Positions 1 to 13,299 of a stretch of DNA of 64,000 nucleotides are shown here, in pieces. How positions within the stretch are numbered: position 1 is the first letter of the stretch; the number at the start of each line of letters is the position of its first letter. The position numbers and the translations under genes were made by a program. The notes beneath the pieces were generated by a model. That model searched no databases. It was not told where the DNA came from and worked only from the letters and a program-made list of their open reading frames with translations. Source of the stretch: Octopus vulgaris. Its lineage: Eukaryota. The stretch spans positions 82,708,001 to 82,772,000 of the forward strand of contig OX597822.1 of the NCBI GenBank assembly GCA_951406725.2. Reading direction: 5' to 3'.

Positions 1-764
1 GTCCAAAATCACCCTTCTCGCCAAGCGGGCTTGATGGTGTTGCCAGTGACCCGACCATGCAACAGGTTGTACTGGGTTACATGTTACTAGTAGCTCTACA
101 GCGACCTAACTTCTATATTATCATTCAATTACCCTAAAACTCTACACAAGCTAAAATGTGTTATCGGCCTTTTTTTTCTTTTAAATTCACGAGCATCTTT
201 TAAAACTTCTGCAAATAGAAATGAAATACCTTGCATAAGAAGCAAATCATTTTTCAAAATTTAAAAAATATTTCTTTATTCCTGATTTGTTGACCAGCAC
301 ACCTACTCCTTGATGGCTATCTAAATGTCATTTCATTGAAAGGGGCTTCTTAGCGTTCCCCATTGAATTGATTTTTCGGAATATTTAGAATTTGAGCTGG
401 AAGAAGGACCAATGATGACTGTTGATCATTTAGAATTCTTGCTTGTTCTAGGTTTTTGAAATAAAGCTGGTTACACTTAATCGGTTCAGCTCACCGATTT
501 CTCTTATACATACATACATACGAAAGAACAGACAAAAGAAAAAAAGGAAGGAAATAAGTGCTTTACGAATTTGACCTTCGGGCGGATGATCAAGTTGAAT
601 TGGATACGTTCATCAGTGTTTCTAACATTCGATCTAGTACTATGCAATTGGATCTGTCATCATAACCAGTTTTGATGTTTTCGACCACATGCATGACCAG
701 TCGTTTAAATCTAGTTGGTTTTACGCCTAACTTGGATTAAAATTCACTACTGTATGAATTAATT

Positions 765-925
765 ATTGTTTCTAATATAGGCTCATGACCAGTATTTTAG
801 GGGGGGGGGCGGAGTTGATACAAAGTTGACCTCACTGGGATTTGAACTGAGAACGTAAAGAACCGGAACAAATATCGCGAAGCATCTTGTCTGGCGCTCT
901 AATGAGTCTGCCAATCTACTGCCCT
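765..925 (-). mobile_element. Degenerate tRNA-derived SINE (Meta/Sauria-like central domain family)
   Basis: Reverse complement resembles the copy at 7835-8025: B-box GTTCAAAT followed by GAGGTCAACTTTG. Confidence 0.5.
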
Positions 926-1315
926 AGTGTAAGAATTATTGTCTTTACTCGTGTATGAGTCACAAAATCTGAGATGCGACTTCTACACGGAGCAAAGCTA
1001 AAATGAAGGGAGGAAATTGTGCCAAGATTTAACGCTGAATTAAGGTTGCGACTATTTCCTAGTAAATACAGTAATAATTTCATAAAAGTCATGGTGAACG
1101 ATACTTTCATTATGCCTATTTCATCGTATATTGTTGTAATCTACTTTTCTCCATTAACGTTTGCCAAATATGTTTCGTGCTTACTAAGAGACACATAAAT
1201 TGTGAATCTTTGTGGTTGGCTGAATTGAACATACGAAGGACCGTTTTGTCCTCGTTTACGACTTGGCTCTTGAGCCAGATGACGCACATGAACGATTCAC
1301 TTGATGTATTTGGAC

Positions 1316-1521
1316 CAGTTGTTCTCAACCATTTTTTCCCTGTGAACCCCTTCGATTTTTATTTTACTTGGGGGACCCTCAGTCATTCGATATATACACA
1401 CACATATATATATATATATATATAATTAAATATTATTTTGTGTATTGTTGAAGTATAACCAATTTATTCCAGATCAATTTTAACTACAAAATCTTATCTG
1501 GAACCCGGTTGAGGACTACTC
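1316..1521. mobile_element. hAT (Charlie-like) MITE, degenerate
   Basis: Imperfect terminal inverted repeats CAGTTGTTCTCAACC ... GGTTGAGGACTACTC; non-coding interior. Confidence 0.55.
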
Positions 1522-1850
1522 ATTTAGACAGTATAGCTTTACGTGATTTGCATGTTAGGACCCTTAATCTGACAACTACTAGTACTTCTACTAAACTACT
1601 ATATAACATGACTTCTGTGTCATGTTGGGTCAATGAGAATTCCACCCCGAAAAATTACACCAGTTTTCAAGGTGTGTGAAATAATCTAAATTTTTTTAGT
1701 CAATTTCAAATGTCCGAAACAAATGTTGACCTTCACATTTTTATGGAGGGCTTTATAGTGATTTCAATGATGCATTCATTCACTTATCTAGTTTCTCCAC
1801 TAAATTTCACGCAAATTTCTGTACACACCTAACGTTGCCACTAAAGTGTC

Positions 1851-1853
<3 letters not shown>

Positions 1854-1906
<53 letters not shown>
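1854..1906. repeat. (CT)n microsatellite
   Basis: Directly visible. Confidence 0.95.
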
Positions 1907-1912
<6 letters not shown>

Positions 1913-2238
1913 TTTTTGTCATTGGAATAAAGCCATTGTTTAGGATATCGACCGTGATAGTCCTAGCTCGATCTGCATTTATTATTCTAAGACCGTATGA
2001 TGTGAATTGAGGGAGCCACGGTTGCTATTTCCAGCAGGTTTAACCATCGAGTAGAGATTCCCTTGTGGTTATAGTAGTGTATTCTGATGAAATTTGTATA
2101 TCGTTAAAAAAAAAAAAGGAAAGGAAGAAAAAGGTTTTGTTGATTCGACCTTGCCCGAGTTATTTCGATTGCAAATTCAGATTTATCCATTTAGTAAATA
2201 AATAACAGCAGAGTAACGAGATCAATGTCCATATAATC

Positions 2239-2270
<32 letters not shown>

Positions 2271-2339
2271 ATATTATTGTTTATTTCCTTGTCGAATTTG
2301 GCAAGTGTCGAGTTAAATTTGCTTATGTTTATTTATATA

Positions 2340-2480
2340 ACAATTGTGTCTGTGTGGTGGAGTTTTCGGTTACAAGTCGAAACTGGAAATGCACGCACGC
2401 AAACAATGTATATTTTTGACGTGGGCGGGGGGAGGGAGAATCTCTACGTGCTCACTCTACATGCTAAAAATAGCAGCCAA
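2340..2480. promoter_or_regulatory. CpG-retaining promoter-like patch
   Basis: Clustered CpGs, TGACGTGG (CRE/G-box-like) abutting a GC box GGGCGGGGG, in non-repeat sequence. Orientation and TSS unknown. Confidence 0.3.
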
Positions 2481-4144
2481 GTTTCCTTCAGATCACATTC
2501 TATCATTTTTAAATAAGGAAAGAAAAACAATTAGATAATCTAGACTTGCATATTCCTAAAAAAAAAAAAAATTAAAAAACACTGAATGGCTATGACTAGA
2601 CTGTCTTAAATCACAGGTTTGCTTGATCAGGTCTGGTACTAGGGCTAAACAGCTTCATTGGAGGGTTATTTAACATTCATGTTCTTTTCATATGACAATC
2701 TATAATATAATTCTGTTTCCTAATAAATTTTTACCGAAGTGAAAACATTGCCATTTACGTTTATAAACGTAGCTAATTTTCGTAAATAAATATTAAAATA
2801 TCTCCCTTCTCTTTACCAGATTTGTTGACTCGAGTGCTCTAATAGTGATTGCGTGTTTTTTGTTGTGTTTTTTTAAATTATTAATAACGATACAGATTTC
2901 TAACTTGCACAATGTCACATATTTATTGATTTTTTATCAAGCTGAAATATACTTCGGATTTTTATTTAAAACCAGACTAAGATTTGCATTGGTTAATTAC
3001 CTTTGAATTAGTAGTCCCTCTACGGCCTGAGTTGGGGTTTTTTTTATTTGTTTTTTTTTTTTTAGTACATAGAATAACAGTTGTTTAAATAAGAACCAAG
3101 TTAGTCATCATGCTGCTGCAGACTTGTGCTCAAAAGCGTTCTAGTCATGACCAACTCGTCTTGTTATAAGTCTAGGTCTACATTGTCTAATGTTTCCAAG
3201 GTGGTAGGGTTGTGATTTGGGGGAGATTTGGCTGTCATTTCTAGTAGATTGACGAAGTAAAGAACCCTTGTTTACACTAAAATATTATTGTCGATTCTGT
3301 CGCTTTTGCCCTTGCCAAACTGTAATTGGCCTCCGTATCTTATAAATTCATTATGAATGCGAGTGCATACAGATGAAGTTATATTTTATCAGAGCAGTCA
3401 CTTGTCAAGTTACTGGAAATTAGCTTCTCTTCAGTTCCATCTTCACTTTCATTTATTTACAGTTGGGGCTTTAGAAGGCAGACTTCGACTGTTTCTAATC
3501 ACTATATTTTTTATCCTATTATTTATAGCTTTATTTACTTTGGGTTCAACCGTTTAAAAAAATTGTTCTTTTAAAAAATAATTCTATAATTTTAACGAAA
3601 ACTTTATTGTACTAAACCAATAAAATTAAGCTTCTTTATTTTCATTTATTTCTGATAAATCTTGGTCATATGACTAGTTAGTGGAATAGAATAGTAAGTT
3701 TTGTTTAATGTGAGTATATTTTCTCCTTCTAAACATCCCTAGACCGTCCGTCGTTCGCAGACAAGGTTATAACATTCCTAGAATTGTATGTAGGCTGAAA
3801 AAGTAATGCACAAGATCTGCTCCCCCCTCTTAATTCTGAATAAAAGTATTCTAGTTACTGATGTTATCTACATTTGTGCAACAATTGGAAGAATAGAATT
3901 ACTGACTGGCGGGAGGGATACATGCAGAGATACTTTAATTCTTTGTTACAAAGCCCGCGGCATCATGCTTCGGTGTTTAGACTGCTGTAATTCGATCTTA
4001 GACATATACAGGGATGGGGAATCGGGAAATGTAAACATATGCATCGTTGAACAACTTCCTAAATATTTTCAGTGGTGAAATCTAAAGGAATTTGGATGAT
4101 AAATTTCCTGATTATTTCACCTTGTTTTTAATGTATTTTAAAAA

Positions 4145-4490
4145 TACATGGTTATCATCGCGGTTAAGAAATTCACTTTTCAACTACTTGGTTCCGGGTT
4201 CAGTCTCACTGCACAGAATTTTGAGCAAGTGTCTTCTACTATGGATCCGGGCCGACCAATGCCTTGTGAACGAGTCTGGTAGATGGAAACAGTGTGGAGA
4301 CTCGTCGTGCATGTATATGTGTTTGCCCTACCACCACTACTTGACAACCGGTGTTGGTTTGTTTGTGTCCCTGTAACTTAGGGGTTCAACAACAAAAACC
4401 AATAGAATAAGTACTGGGAGCGACTTGTTCCATTAAATCCTTCAAGGCAGTGCCCCAGAATGGCCGCAATCCAGTGACTAAAGATAAGAG
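4145..4490 (+). mobile_element. tRNA-derived CORE-type SINE (Octopus OR-like)
   Basis: Colinear with 40284-40688: GGTTCAGTC B-box, GCAAGTGTCTTCTACTAT core, CTTGACAACCGGTGTTGG, ATAGAATAAGTAC, ATGGCCGCA tail. Confidence 0.85.
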
Positions 4491-4629
4491 TTTCGGTCAG
4501 TTTACTGTCCAATCGTCAGTAAGTGTCTTCTACGATTATAATGTAAATACTTTGGTCAGTTTTTAATAAAAAGTAAGATCTTTTTTTTCCTTTAACTTTT
4601 AAAGTAGTCCAACATTATGACAAAGAACG

Positions 4630-4955
4630 TCCATGCGTCTAACACTCGTAGACATGCTTACAAAATCAGAAAAACACAGCACTCATGACTTTCAGAAACA
4701 TATTTTCATGTTCAGAATTGTTGAAGCATGGAATAAACTACCAGCATCAGTTGTTAATTATTGGGACACTGCATCCTTCAAAACTCCCGTGCTTCCTGAA
4801 ATTCACCAATAGTACACCTGATCCTCCACCCTTTTATTTTTCTTTTAACTGACTTGTTCACTTTCTGTGCATTATTCTATATACTGTACATGCACTTTTG
4901 GTAATTTTTTATGATGAGTTGTAGTGCACCTGAGCACTGTATATAAAAAGTTCAT
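4630..4955 (+). mobile_element. CR1-like LINE 3' end (ORF2 C-terminus plus 3' UTR)
   Basis: Translates, with a frameshift, NTRRHAYKIRK...HIFMFRIVEAWNKLPASVVNYWDTASFK, matching the CR1 pattern TRGH..K...FF..RVV..WN.LP..VV....FK. Confidence 0.75.
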
Positions 4956-5129
4956 CATATATGGATGCAAACTATTGTTTCTTCGTCAATAAAGAGAGTG
5001 GGGCAAAATGAAAATTGTAGTTTTCAAGGGAACATAGTGATTGTCAGTTCGAAAACGTCGTGGTCATAGGACAAAGTTTAGTATTTGAATTTTTTGCATA
5101 CTTTCTTTGTATGCCCTTCATGAATCCTG

Positions 5130-5800
5130 GATATGTGTTCAATGCAAATTTTGTACACCATTTACCAAGCAGGCACCAGACAGTTGTTCCATTTTGAATT
5201 AGCAGGCAAAATTTAAGAAGTAAGGGCTTTTGTGCCTGGCAGAGAGAACAGGACGCCCCTCAACTTCAGATGATATGGTTGAACAAGTTTGGCAAGCCTT
5301 CCAGCACAGCCCCAGAATCAGTCAGAATACCCAATCGAGAACTTCAGCTCCCATCAACAACTGTTTGGCATGATATCTTAGAGAAGACTTCTGGTCACAC
5401 CATACAAACTGCAATTGGTTCAACAGTTGGAGGACACTGATAAACCTTATTCACCATGAATTTTGCACAGGAACGTCCTGTTCTCTTTTGCTGAGCACAA
5501 ACACTCCTCCTCCTGAAATTTGCTTGCCAATTCAAAATGAAATGTTTGTTTGATACCTGCTTGGTAAACATTGTGCGAAATTTGCTTGAACACATGTCCG
5601 TGACTCAGTTTTGGTGTATTCTAGGATGCAAAATGACATCTCATTTTGTGAATGACATAACTGGATCTGAAAAGAGAGAAAAAAACAAAAATTTGAGACT
5701 TTTAACTTTTAAATGGTACCAGTTCAATCATGCTACCATTTGTAGTTCATGGTATAAGAGTTCTTAGAATGTGGCATAGACATTTGAAACACCCTGTGTA
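5130..5800 (+). mobile_element. Tc1/mariner-superfamily transposon remnant
   Basis: Reads RERTGRPSTSDDMVEQVWQAFQHSPR (GRP linker plus second HTH); right end TTTGAAACACCCTG resembles a CAGGGTGTTTCAAA TIR, next to TA repeats. Confidence 0.55.
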
Positions 5801-5802
5801 TA

Positions 5803-5856
<54 letters not shown>

Positions 5857-5858
<2 letters not shown>

Positions 5859-6032
5859 TTAATCAAGATTAATCAGCCGAAATTGCGAGGATGATCCAGT
5901 TCTTGACTGAGGATAGATAGCTTCGAATGACCTGTCCTTGTTTTTTTGTATCATCTATCTGGATGTTTTGTTGTCCCTTTTTGTATCACCTAGTTGTCCG
6001 GATGTTTTGTATTCTTGTCCCATTTTGTATTT
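5857..6032 (+). mobile_element. Penelope-like element terminal fragment in a (TA)n tract
   Basis: Flanked by (TA)n on both sides; starts with hairpin GATTAATC-AA-GATTAATC-AGCC-GAAA resembling the 3' half of a hammerhead; T-rich internal repeats GGATGTTTTG. Confidence 0.4.
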
Positions 6033-6089
6033 TATATATATATATATATATATATACATACATACATACATATACACACACACATACAC

Positions 6090-6246
6090 GTGAGGAGGTT
6101 CTTTCAGTTTCTGTCTATCAAATCCATCCATTCACTAGGCTTTGGTTGGCCCTTGGCTATAGTTCAAGCCAAATGTACCACACAGTCAAACTGAATCTGA
6201 AACCAGGTGGTTTGAAAACATTCCTACTGCCCAGCCACACCTGTGC
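6090..6246 (-). mobile_element. CORE-type SINE 5' half
   Basis: TTCTTTCAGTTTCTGTCTATCAAATCCA...CAGCCACACCTGTGC is the reverse complement of the SINE head. Confidence 0.7.
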
Positions 6247-6754
6247 ACATAAACACTAAATGTATTAATTCTTGTGGAAGTAATTGTCTTTGCAACTCAG
6301 CTTCACATCATTTTATCATGAGGAAGGCAAAATTATTGCTTAGTCTTTTTTCCTTTTTCCCAAAACCTCTGAAAAATAACTGAATAATATATAGTGTTGA
6401 ACTACTCTAGACCCTGTGGATATTGCATTAGATTAGCACAAATAATTCTCTATTAAAAAAAAACAATTTTTTTGTTTGTTTGTTTGTTGTTTGCTGCTGG
6501 TAGATTAGCAAGACAAAACACCTTGATCTTGCCAAGGTCAACTTGACCTGTCAATCTTCCAAGGGCAATAACATGGATACCAGTCAAATACTCTGTTTGA
6601 CAAAATTAATTGATTATGCTCCTTTCCCAAAAATGAAGCTACTTGCAAATATCAGAATTCGTGATTTTGAAGTTTATTGCAGTACAATGCCACCTTTCTT
6701 AAAATGAATATAACTTTATACTAGAAAGTTTACACACAACATTACAAAATTGTT

Positions 6755-7087
6755 AGTCATTGAACTGCAGCCGTACTGCCTTGAAGGATTTTGGTCAAGC
6801 AAATCATCCCCAGTACATATTTTCTTTTTTTCTATATATCTGATACTTTTTCTATCAGTCTCTTTTACTGAACAATTAGGTTACAGGGACATAAACAAAC
6901 CAACACCTGTTGTAACACACACACAATGGGATTCTTTCAGTTTCCATCTGCTAATTCCACTTACAGGGTTTTGGTCAGCCTATGGCTATAGTAGAAGACA
7001 TTTGGCCAAGGTGCCATACAGTGGAACTGAACCTGGAACCATGTGGTTGGGAAGCAAATTTTTTAACCACACAGCCATGCTTGTACC
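6755..7087 (-). mobile_element. CORE-type SINE, near full length
   Basis: Reverse complement of the 46143-46528 copy (TAGTAGAAGACATTTGGCCAAGGTGCCATACAGTGGAACTGAACC). Confidence 0.85.
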
Positions 7088-7834
7088 TATTAATAATAAC
7101 CCCATTTAAACTACACTTTTATTCCTAATGAAGAGAAACCATTGGTTTCTGATATTAACTGAATGAAGAAACTTGTCACTCTCTTCTATTCATTTTTGTA
7201 ACAGATAAATCAATGTGGTTGAATCTTAATTAATTTTGCATTAAGCAGTTTAAAAATGAAAACAAAATATTTTCCTCGAAAGTTAAGTAAATATTTCACT
7301 TTCATAAAGATTAACCATCACACCCATGCAGTGAAATAAATGATAAACAACATAAATAAATATCTAAGATATGTTCGTTAACTTTATCTTTGTTGTTCTG
7401 ATAAAGCTTGTCTTAAAAACATAGCGTTGCAATACACATTTCAAAACATTATGAATTTGCTTTTATTAACTACTAAAATTTTAATGGAAATTATATTACA
7501 CATTATACATACTACTTGGACAGAAAAGAGGAACGTGATGAGACTTGAACTGCATATCTATCATTTGCTGAGCAATCTATGTGATTTGAGTCCTGCCAAT
7601 AAATCTTTCTTTTATCTGTCTAAATATTATTGCTTGTCAAATCTAACATCAGTACGGACCGTGTTGTCTTCTAACAAAAATGCTGTTACAAATTACGTTA
7701 CAAAAATTTGTTAATGAGTTGCCTAGTTGTAATACGTGGGAACATCTTCTGTACTAAATAGAAATTTTATCTAAGATTTATTTTTCATTGCTTTTATGAG
7801 GCTTTACAGTTTGGGAAACCTATTTTAATACCTA

Positions 7835-8027
7835 AGGTAGTGAGCTACCTGCATCTTTAACATATTGGCATTTCGTCTGTCTGTACATTGTGAGTTCAAA
7901 TTCTGCCAAGGTCAACTTTGCCTTTCATCCTTTCAAGGTCTATAAAATAAGTACCATTTGAGCACTGAGGTCAATGTAATCCCTTTCCTCTGAAATAACT
8001 GGCCTTGTGCCGAAATTTGAAACCATT
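7835..8027 (+). mobile_element. tRNA-derived SINE with Meta/Sauria-like domain
   Basis: GAGTTCAAATTCTGCCAAGGTCAACTTTGCCTTTCATCCTTTCAAGGTCTATAAAATAAGTACC; reverse-strand relatives at 11490-11612, 18420-18633, 46700-46897 and 58050-58197. Confidence 0.75.
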
Positions 8028-8040
8028 ATATTTGACTTAG

Positions 8041-8275
8041 TGGAGGTACATAGCTTAGAAGTCCAGGTGTTGCGCTCGTGATCAGAAGATTGGTTTCAAT
8101 CCCAGCACCAGGCAATGTATTCTTGAGCAAAACACTTTATTTTATACTGCTCCAGTCCACTCAGCTGGTAAAAAGAAGCAACCCTGCATCAGACCAGCAT
8201 CCCATTCAGGGAGGAATGTACATACGCCAGAGAAACGAGGAAACCAGCCTTATACTCCTCACAGAGAAATGTAGA
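8041..8275 (+). mobile_element. tRNA-derived SINE, second family (CORE-like plus V-like domain)
   Basis: GGTTTCAATCCC B-box, TTCTTGAGCAAAACACTT, CCAGTCCACTCAGCTG, GACCAGCATCCCATTCAGGG; homologous to 10650-10890. Confidence 0.7.
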
Positions 8276-9371
8276 CTAACCAACCATTTTAATACTTGGT
8301 ATATACTTAATTATTTACTCTGTCTTACATTTTACCAGAAAGTAATTTGAAGATTTCTTTTATTCCAACCCCAACTCCTAACTCTTTACATTTAACTAAT
8401 GTAATAGTTTTTATTTGTAATTCAAGCCTTGACATGAAATCTATCCATAGACCTGATTGGGGGGTATTATTATATAATGCAGAAGTTTATGTAATCTGGA
8501 GGGAAAATTAATATGCTTTTGATATAAATATTGAATACATTTTTGTTGTTTTTTACTCTTGAAACTTAGTTAAGATGATTTTTTAAAATAACTATACAAA
8601 TTAAAAGAAAAACGATACTTAAAGAAGTTGTTTTGTTTTTAATAAGTTCTTTGTTACACAGCTGCCCTAGTTGGAATTGTGTTACATTAATCTGCATGGC
8701 TGACTGGTTGTTAAATGTAGTAAGTGGTTCTGTTGAAGTAATACAGGTCACAACCAAGAAGTCAATTGTTTGAAGTAAATTACACATGTCATAAGTTAAG
8801 ACTCCCTATTATAAACGCGTGCATTAAGCATATTTTGTGATAACAGCTATAATATGGGAATTATTTCACTGTCTTCATAACATATATATGATACTATCAC
8901 CTATGAGTAATGTTAACTGCTTGTTTTTTTTTTTTTGCCTGACCTTCTTACTGTTTGTTTACTCTAAAACATTTTTGTAATTATTGAGTCACTTGACACT
9001 TTAATTTCATGTTTTGTTAATAGTGAATTAACCAAATCCTTATTCAGTAGAAGAAGGCAACTAGCGATTATATAAATACTGCTTTTACTCATAAGTCACA
9101 CTCCTAATTCAGGGTTAAATCTTAGGACAAAATCTTTTCCCTTCATATTCAAACTCGACAGTTAAAATCAAGTATAAAATAGTGCAACTTATTAGCAAAT
9201 TCAGTGTGTGTACACACACACAATAAAGTAATTGAGTCCGCAAATTGCAGTAATAGCAGTAACACAATATATATTTATATAGAGTATAGGCAGTATTTAA
9301 TACTGGCAAACAACCTCTCTAATGCTTGTGGCATGATAAAATGCATCTTAATTATATATATATATATATAA

Positions 9372-9652
9372 AGGCACAATGGTCCACTGGTTAGGGCAGC
9401 AGACTCGCGGTTTCGATTCCCAGACTGGGCGTTGTGAGTGTTTATTGAGTGAAAACATCTAAAGCTCCACAAGGCTCCAGCAAGGGGTGGTGGCGATCCC
9501 TGCTGTACTCTTTCGTCACAACTTTCTCTCACTCTTTCTTCTGTTGGCCTGCTTGCTTAACCAGTGGGGTGGTGTCATTTGAAGGCTAAAACAATGCAAA
9601 GCGCATTGTGACCAGCGATGTGTAGCAACATCTGATAGCCTGGTCGATCAGT
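9372..9652 (+). mobile_element. tRNA-derived SINE inserted in (TA)n
   Basis: A-box-like TGGTCCACTGG, B-box GGTTTCGATTCCC; tail shared with 45383-45490; (TA)n on both sides. Confidence 0.75.
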
Positions 9653-9653
9653 C

Positions 9654-9708
<55 letters not shown>

Positions 9709-10088
9709 TGTAAAGTAGTAGGAGATAGAAAGGACTTACAGCTGCAGAAACAATTTTAGAAATACATTACTTGCACAACAAATGATTGAAGTGTTTTTGT
9801 GTGTGTATATCAGATGATGAAGGACAAAAGACCATGGAAAGTGACAAGATGTTGTACTGGAAGAGATCCATCCAAACAATGGGGACATGGAAAATGGATG
9901 TATTACTGCCTGTCATCCATCTGGGGTTGATAACATTAAGTACCAGTTCAAGTACTAAGGTTGATGATATCACCTAATCCCTTCCCCTTCTCTCAAAACT
10001 GCTAGCTTTTTCCCTAAATCATAAACTATTATGTTATCAGCTAACTCCCGCTCCTCAAGTTTCAGCCTATTGTAGAAAGAATTCGTAG

Positions 10089-10382
10089 TCATCATCATCA
10101 TCATTTAACATTCATTGTCCATGCTGGCATGGGTTGGGCGGTTTGACCGGGACTGGTAAGCTGAAAGGCTGCACCAGACTCCAGTCTGATTCGGCATAGT
10201 TTTCTATGGCTGGATGCCCTTCCTAATGCCAACCACTCTGAGAGTGTAATGGGTGCTTTTACGTGCCACTGGCACAGGTGCCATTTGCATGATATCAGTA
10301 TTTGCCACAACTACGATTTTGCTTGGGTTCTTCTCATGTACAACATAATGCCAAAGGTCTCGGTGATTGCCTCCGTGAAGCT
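10089..10382 (-). mobile_element. RTE LINE 3' tail or RTE-derived SINE
   Basis: (CAT)n, CCATGCTGGCATGG hairpin and GGCTGGATGCCCTTCCTAATGCCAACCACTC, as in the 3' UTR of 21029-23259. Confidence 0.85.
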
Positions 10383-10649
10383 GAATTGTTATTATTTATT
10401 AAAAGAAATAATTTCCTTAATGTTTTTTGCACACCTTAAAATTACATTAAAACAAATATTGAAATTCTATCAAATTATTTCACTGGTAGCTTCAGGTGAT
10501 GCTCATCACTTAATGCAAAATTTTAAAATTTACATTTCTGTCAACTTGTTTCCATACAAGCACTTCACAATTATCTAACTTTAACCATGAGGAAGCTGCT
10601 GCATTTCTCTATTTCCTCTGCTACCATTATTGCTTTCTAAGATGAATAC

Positions 10650-10890
10650 AAAGAGGTGTGTGGCTAAGTAGTTAGTGTTGCACTTATGATCGTAAGATTG
10701 TGGTTTCAATTCCTGGACTGGATAATGATACATTGTGTTTTTGAGCAAAACACTTCATTTCACGTTGTTCCTGTCCACTCAGCTGGCAAAAATAAATACT
10801 CCTGTAACAGACCAGCATCTTGTCCAGGTGGAGAATATATGCCACAGAATCTGGGAAACCGGCCTTATGAGCCTAAAACTCAGGAAGGAC
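10650..10890 (+). mobile_element. tRNA-derived SINE, same family as 8041-8275
   Basis: Colinear similarity to 8041-8275. Confidence 0.7.
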
Positions 10891-11767
10891 CTTTGATGCT
10901 TTCTTTTTAAGATGGATACAAGTTACACATGCCAGAGGGAATGTATACTTGATTAGACTGACAGTACTTTTACTCATGTTTACCTCTTCTGTAAATTAAC
11001 AACACAGTCAATTTTGGTAGGATTAGATGACTAGAACTTGTGGCATGACTAAACACTGCAAGGCATTTTGTTAGAAATGGTAGCAATTCTGGCAGTTCCA
11101 TATTACAATGGTTTCTGTTCCTTTGAACTTTTAAAATTCACACATTTCCACCTACCTCTATCCTTAAGAGATTTCTTAAGATTCACATTAAATATATTTA
11201 CCTATTCTCTGTTCCTTTACATAGCTTCAATACTTTCTAGCACATATATATATATATATCTGCAATATTTCAGGCTGAACATTAACCACATCACCCTCAA
11301 TTATCACTCTACCCTCTGTCATTTTTATTGGACTGTAAGACATCCTCTTGCATGGGGTTGCAGACAATGTCCAGTTTCCAAATCCTATATTTCTCTTTTA
11401 CTTACTCATAACCAATAGACTTTTCAGTATTATTAGTGAATATTGTCAGTATATATTGGTAGTAAGGTGTATTTAAATCTTGGCTAATAAATTGGTTTCA
11501 AAGTTTTGGCACAAGGCCAGTATTTTCAGGATGAGATAAGTCGATTACATCAACCCCCAGCGCTCAACTTGTTACTTATTTTATCAACCCCAAAAGGGTA
11601 AAAAGCAAAGTTAAGAAATTGAAAGTGAAATGTTTTGTCACAATTGCTTGGAAATTTCAGAGACTTATTTTGACATTTTTCTAGTGAATAAATTAGTGTA
11701 ATTTGTGAGTTTTATATAATATTTTTATGTTAGATTTTAAAATTATATATGCATGTTTGTGATAGGT

Positions 11768-12395
11768 ATCATCATCATCATCATCATTTAACATCCATTT
11801 TCCATGCTGGCATGGGCTGGATGGTTTGACAGGAGCTGAGGTGCTGTTCAGGCTCCCTGTCACTTTTGGCATAGTTTCTATGGCTGGATGCCCTTTTTAA
11901 CACCAACCACTTTACAGAGTATACTGAGTGCTTTTACACTTTACAGAGTATACTGAGTGCTTTTACACTTTACAGAGTATACTGAGTGCTTTTACACTTT
12001 ACAGAGTATACTGAGTGCTTTTACACTTTACAGAGTATACTGAGTGCTTTTACACTTTACAGAGTATACTGAGTGCTTTTACACTTTACAGAGTATACTG
12101 AGTGCTTTGTACATGGCACCAGCACCTACAAGCCTGCAAGATTAGGGATCCTCAGCTGGAGATAGTTACAAGGGACAAGCCTGTGTGTGAGGATAAACAC
12201 GCCTTTACTTAGTTTGATGTCTTTTCAAGCACAGCACACCGCCAGGAGTCTCAGCCCCCTGGCATCTCCTTTGTGAATCCCAACGTCTGTAGATCCTTTC
12301 TCATTTCATCACACGTCTTCCTGGGGTCTACTCATTTCATATGTTCCCTCTGCAATTAGGGATCGGCACCTTGAAACTATCTTCATTCATACACA
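11768..12395 (-). mobile_element. Old RTE LINE 3' fragment containing a 29-bp tandem array
   Basis: (CAT)n tail, RTE 3' UTR motifs and a decayed ORF2 end (GRPRKT-like at about 12315-12330). Confidence 0.8.
11908..12110. repeat. 29-bp minisatellite, 7 copies (CACTTTACAGAGTATACTGAGTGCTTTTA)
   Basis: Six identical units plus a seventh differing at its end; no spacers. Confidence 0.95.
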
Positions 12396-12494
12396 CGTGT
12401 ATATATGTATGTATGTGTATATGTGCATGTATGTGTAAGTATATGTGAACAGTATGTGCATGGGTGTATAATATATGCATATATCTATCCACCT

Positions 12495-12680
12495 TCTGTG
12501 CTCATTATTCCTGGTAAGGTCCTTGAGGTAGAGTCCTTAGGCTTCCTTGAGTCCTGTCAAGAGCATTATGCTTTTCAGCTGGATTCCCATGCATGACCAA
12601 CTGAGATCCAGACATCTCATTTTTGGTCTACCCCTAGATCTCCTGCCAGTTGGCTCAGCTTGAAGAATCTGTATTACAAT
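12495..12680 (-). mobile_element. RTE-clade (Expander/Rex3-like) ORF2 C-terminal fossil
   Basis: Minus-strand translation ILQAEPTGRRSRGRPKMRC matches the RTE C-terminal G.R.RGRP..RW motif. Confidence 0.55.
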
Positions 12681-13216
12681 TATATGTATACATGTGTATA
12701 TATATATGCATATGTGAATATCTGTGTGTATATGTAATGTATGCATATTGATGTGTTTGACGTCACTTTTTCTTCTCCATATTAGCATAGTTTGGACCAA
12801 TACTTATCTTGGAATTGTTTTATAAGCAGATGCACTTCATGTTACAAGCACTTGTCTGTTTTTCAAGTAAGGGAAATTTTGCTTTGTTTTTTATTTTTAT
12901 TCCTTTTGTCTTTAAAAGTACAGACATAAAGGACAATTTTTGAGCAAAAAATGGTGCTCTAATGTTTTACATTACCTTTCAACATTCATGGTCATACATG
13001 CACATGTGCGCACGCACACAAACATATATGTGCATACAACAGACTTCCAAAGAGTATTTATCCGCCAATTCCACTCAGGATGTATTGGTTGACTCAAAGC
13101 TACAGTGAGGCCACTTGCCCAAGGTACCATTATTTGAGACAGAAATATGACACCATGCAATTACAGAGCCAATTCTGTAACCACTCAGTCATACATGCAT
13201 TTATGTCTGTATGAAT

Positions 13217-13253
<37 letters not shown>

Positions 13254-13299
13254 TGCATTTCTTTAAATGTGTGTGCGCGCACACGCATGTATGTGTATT

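Noticed and set aside
3806-4078. 90-aa ORF as a first coding exon
   Set aside because: No recognisable homology and no strong donor in a phase compatible with 14753.
11908-12110. 29-nt repeats as CRISPR repeats
   Set aside because: Head-to-tail with no spacers; derived from an RTE 3' UTR.
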